A program made the translations under genes and the position numbers. A stretch of 64,000 nucleotides of DNA, from NCBI RefSeq assembly GCF_000150275.1, contig NW_002060946.1, positions 5,419,867 to 5,483,866 of the forward strand. The letters are read 5' to 3'. A model generated the notes under the pieces. It was given only the letters and a program-made list of their open reading frames with translations. It was not told the origin of the DNA and made no database searches. This DNA comes from Trichoplax adhaerens. Its lineage: Eukaryota; Animalia; Placozoa. Positions 59,767 through 64,000 of this stretch are shown here, piece by piece; the stretch's first letter is position 1, and each line of letters starts with the position of its first letter.

Positions 59767-61440
59767 ACTGATTGGGCTATTTCTGGAGAAAACTTCAGAC
59801 TATATATATAGCTATTATTTACAAAATTAAAACAATTTTATTTCATCTGTAGTTACTGCTCATACTTTTTATTTCTTTTATTCATAGCTGTACTTTTGGT
59901 AATTTTTTATTAGTGTTTTAGCAGCAACTGCTTTCAAGCATATATGAGAGTCAATTTAGTGCTGAAGTTATTTCTATACGATTTAGCACATAGTATACCG
60001 TTAATGTAAGTAATATCGTATCAAAGCCAAGTCCGTGACTATGTAAGATGCAGTATTCAACTTGAAATATGCAAATACTAAATTTCTGATAATCTCTCTG
60101 ATACAAAATTTAATTTGTTAACATTGACAGAGCAGCAAGGCATTTATAATGTTGCGCCTGCAAATTTTCATTTACTATGATTAATTCGCAATTCTAAATG
60201 TGTCTAAGCTTTTAGCATACGAATTAACTATGTAATTCTTGAGTATAGTTACAGTTATTCTATTATTCAGTAATATCAATATCGTTTAATGAGCTTGTCA
60301 CTAATTATGACAATTTATTGGTATGGAGCAATTATAATATGGTTACGTGCATTGTGTATAATAAATATTTGTTTCCAATGCAGTAATTATGAAATTTACA
60401 TTGGTGGGTGTGTGATTAAATCTATCAAGTTTAGATAGAAATAAGTACAGCAAGAGATTTATGTGATGCTAAAATTTGCCTATGTGTCACAGCGCATAAC
60501 TTTATCGATTATGATCATTGTTAACTTCTTATACAATGACAGTGTGGCTTAATGAGGTATGATTAAGCCTCTCACATTTTATGCACAGAAAAATGCCTGG
60601 GATACTAGCTTTAGCGCAACCAAGATATGAGGGTGTTGACGTAATTTAGGTATGATGTTTTCTCTATGAATTTGCATCACTCATGTGGTGATAGCGTAAT
60701 CCTGCGACTCTGTTTATCTTCAATCAAATAATTTACTAAGCAGAAATATAGTTAAGTTATGCTAGTGTTTCCGATTGTAACGCTAAATTCACTAATGCAA
60801 CACTATAAACGCAGTACTTTGCGATTTTGTAGAGATGAGTGTTGTTAGACGAATTAATATAAAGGTAGCCACCTGTATCGGTATTATGTTCATTATATTA
60901 GCCGACTTCAACCTTATCTTTAATTCTACGCATAAATAAGTTATATCGTAATTATTTGTTAATACTCTTATTGTAATTCTACACTCATATCAGCACAGTA
61001 GGGTATGAAGTTTTGTAAACTGTGACATGTATCTTATCAGAATAATTAATTTATAGAGCGTATTTACGTATAAGGCTAATTTTAGTATTGTATCATTCAC
61101 GGTAAATAGTTATAGATTATAATATCCTTCGATATCAAGGGAATTCAACTTTTGTTCGAACTCATGATGCATAGGAATTGCTCTAAAACGACTTAAAAAT
61201 AGCTTAATTGCTTGGTACAATAGCCAAAAAATGAAAGATATTGGTTGTAAGATATAAGCATTATTCGGAGCTTGAGATATTTTCTTTTTCCATCTTCAAA
61301 AAGAACTTCAATATTAAATACCTATTGTAATCTATCCTTTAATAACTGAATGCTCAAACGGTGTTACATTATACATTACAGTCACACGATACAAATAATT
61401 GAATAACAACAACTTTTGAATTGAACGATATCTTGCTGAT

Positions 61441-62760
61441 CTATAATTTAGATGAACGATAGGGTTGGTAGTCTATGCCTTTAGCAGCGGTAATTCGCAT
61501 AACAGCTCCATTTTTTGTATCATCTTCCACTAATTGAATCATTCCACGAGCAACTTGATCAATGCTGTAATTGCACATTGTTAATTATTTAGGCAGCGTT
61601 TCATAAAGTTCATTACTTTAATGCATTGTAGCTATTAGAGTATCGAACAGAGTGCAAGTAGACAGATATCGCAACAATACTAACAATAGTCGAAAAAGAA
61701 ACACTTGGATGATTCCGAGATATAAATTACCTAATTATTATAGCTTTCATTTTTCTGGCTTCCTCATGTTGATTTGCATTTACCAGAGAATCAATGGAAG
61801 CTTCAAACAAACTAGTTGGCGCGAATGATGGGCATATAGCATTGACCCGTATACCATCAGATTCATAACATGTCTTGAATGATCATAATAGAAGCCAGGC
61901 CAGACCGTTAGCATATGAATACTACGACTCATATTCGTAGTAGTATAAACAAATTTTAATCAAACTTACATCTAAACTTCGTGAGAAGCCTACTACACCA
62001 AACTTGCTAGCGCAATAAACAGGGCCACTTGGCATTGGAAGTATGCCTTTTATCAGAGTAAAAATTATTATTGCAAGTTAATTACGCATTCTATATAAAG
62101 AAATGGCCCACAAGCAACTATAGTAATCAATATAGATTTTATAATGACATGTCTATGAAGTATCAAAAAGGATACAGTCTTACAGGGTGTATATCATAGG
62201 AACATTGAGTAAAAGAAAATTTAAGAGTATATGCCTATTACCTCCCATAGATGCTGTGTTAATTATAATGCCACCACGACCGCCGTTTTTAGTAGACATT
62301 GCTTCCATTGCTAATTTAGTACCACGAATGACACTATTCTAGAGCATTTTTTATAACAATATAACAGCGTTATCTCAATGAGAGAAGTTAATTTAAGTCT
62401 CTTAACCAGTAATCTTATTATCGCAGCATACCGATACCGGTTAGCTGTTTTACCGCACATTTTACTAGATTTATTGTCATAGTATAAAAACGAATAGAAT
62501 TACTATATTATACTGTAGTATAATACTCGTGTTATACGCGTATATTTTCTAATATGAAAGTAGTAAAGAAATAGCAAATGAATCATGTCTAAATAACAAT
62601 TTAGCAATACTAACTGTATGCTAAAGTAATAGCAAGGAAATGCAAGTACTAACCAGGTTAATGTTTAATACTTTCTCCCACTGCTCCATTTCCGGAACTC
62701 CAGCATTATTGCATAGGATGTCAACATTACCGAAAGTTGACTTTGTGTAGTTGATTAAGT
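61441..62760 (-). CDS. HPGD: 15-hydroxyprostaglandin dehydrogenase-like short-chain dehydrogenase; 5' exons lost in the assembly gap
   Basis: Five exons: FGNVDILCNNAGV..WEKVLNINL|NSVIRGTKLAMEAMSTKNGGRGGIIINTASMG|GILPMPSGPVYCASKFGVVGFSRS (YxxxK)..GIRVNAICPSF..VARGMIQLVEDDTKNGAVMRIT; stop TAG at 61441-61443. The GxxxGxG exon is not visible. Confidence 0.88.
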
Positions 62761-62918
62761 CTGTTAAAAGTAATGGAAAACTTAGCGTAAGGATAAAAGA
62801 TTATATTCCAATGTAGTAAATGCGATATTGCTCAACTTAGTTGATGTTAAAGCTTCAAGTTAAATTACATTAGTAATGAATATAAAAAAAACTTATTGAA
62901 GTTGTAAGATTACTTTGA

Positions 62919-62968
62919 NNNNNNNNNNNNNNNNNNNNNNNNNNNNNNNNNNNNNNNNNNNNNNNNNN
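62919..62968. other. Assembly gap (50 N)
   Basis: Run of N. Confidence 0.99.
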
Positions 62969-63999
62969 GTACACTACTGTCGAGAGACATCTTTGCGGTA
63001 CTTTATTCTGTACTGACAACGTTGAACGTCCCCTTTGAAAGGTAACTTGGAGACAAAACACGGTTGTACTACTGTACCGTACTGTACACTGCACAATGGT
63101 GCTTGACATACAGTACAGTACAGTACAGTACTGTACAGTACTGTACACTGTACAGTACATGTACTGTACAGTATTATACTGTACCGTACTCTGTACTCTA
63201 CTGGACTCTACCATACTGTAGACTTGGTCCGGCCTTCTATCTGTACCGTATAACATCCATCCTTCTAGCGCGCTGGCAGCTTTTACTGTATGTATAGTAC
63301 TGCGGTTGTTACGGCACAACATTGGCTTGAAAACGTTGAACAGGAGGAATCTGTTTGTGAAGAAAATTGTTTTCAACTAGCTGCATTCAACAAGGTAAGC
63401 AACATAAATATTCCTGTATTCCATTCTTTTAAAATAATCATCAATCATACAACCTACATTTTATAATGTTCCATTCAAAATTATCCTTGTCTTTCCACAC
63501 TCAATGTTATCGGGTAAGTCGATCATTTTCATTGCCATTTCTCATTTCTCCTACACCGTTCTTGATGATGGCTAAAACTACAGTCATCAACTCGTAAAAC
63601 ACCGTGGCACAGTACGGCTCAATCATTGGTACACTAGGATTGTTGATGTACTGTATGGTCTGTAGTATCGTACTCTAGTCTACTCGACTTGCTATACTGT
63701 ACAGTCTACAGGAGACGCAGTGGATGATGTTCATAGGAGCCGAATATATCAATGGCCAACTGTTAGTGTACTATAAGAACACCGTCGGCTGATTCAGTGA
63801 CACACATCGGAATGGCGTACTTCTTACGGCTAATTTGAACCTAGAATAGAATATAATGTAATCGTCAAATGGATGATATCAATCAAGGCTTGATATCTTT
63901 CGTATTCTTGCACGCTCATCAATCTTTATGACGACTATCATGTCTTCATTATACTGTATTCAGAATAGAAAGAAAGAAAGAAAGAAAAACTACAAACGA
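62969..63999 (+). repeat. Copy 2 of the ~1.03 kb duplication (WWP promoter island, first exon and start of intron 1)
   Basis: Identical by eye to 51125-52155; begins immediately after the gap. Confidence 0.95.
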
Positions 64000-64000
64000 G

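Overview
AT-rich, intron-dense animal genomic DNA with short GT-AG introns and intron positions that look ancestral. The style suggests a placozoan such as Trichoplax, but that is inference only. The first ~18 kb is gene-sparse. It holds three dispersed, intronless, minus-strand paralogues encoding ~180-195 aa ankyrin-repeat-only proteins that all end in a farnesylation-type CaaX box (CIIM, CKIM, CILM), plus a probable decayed LRR gene. From ~20 kb the window is compact. It contains NDUFV2 (+), URI1 (-) head-to-head with MRPL3 (+), an unnamed (EF-hand pair + WW-like)x2 / coiled-coil / CAP-Gly gene (-), a COG2907-like FAD oxidoreductase with a C-terminal anchor (+), a WWP1/ITCH-type C2-WW4-HECT ligase (+) and a 5'-truncated HPGD-like SDR (-). 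A 50-N gap follows, then an identical copy of the ~1 kb WWP promoter region. The most striking non-coding signal is dense islands of CAGTA/TACTG pentamers and TACTGTACAGTA-type palindromes at the 5' end of every spliced gene whose start is visible, with no such island in the ankyrin region. This is a candidate lineage-specific promoter code. Exon boundaries were read by eye and may be off by a few bases.
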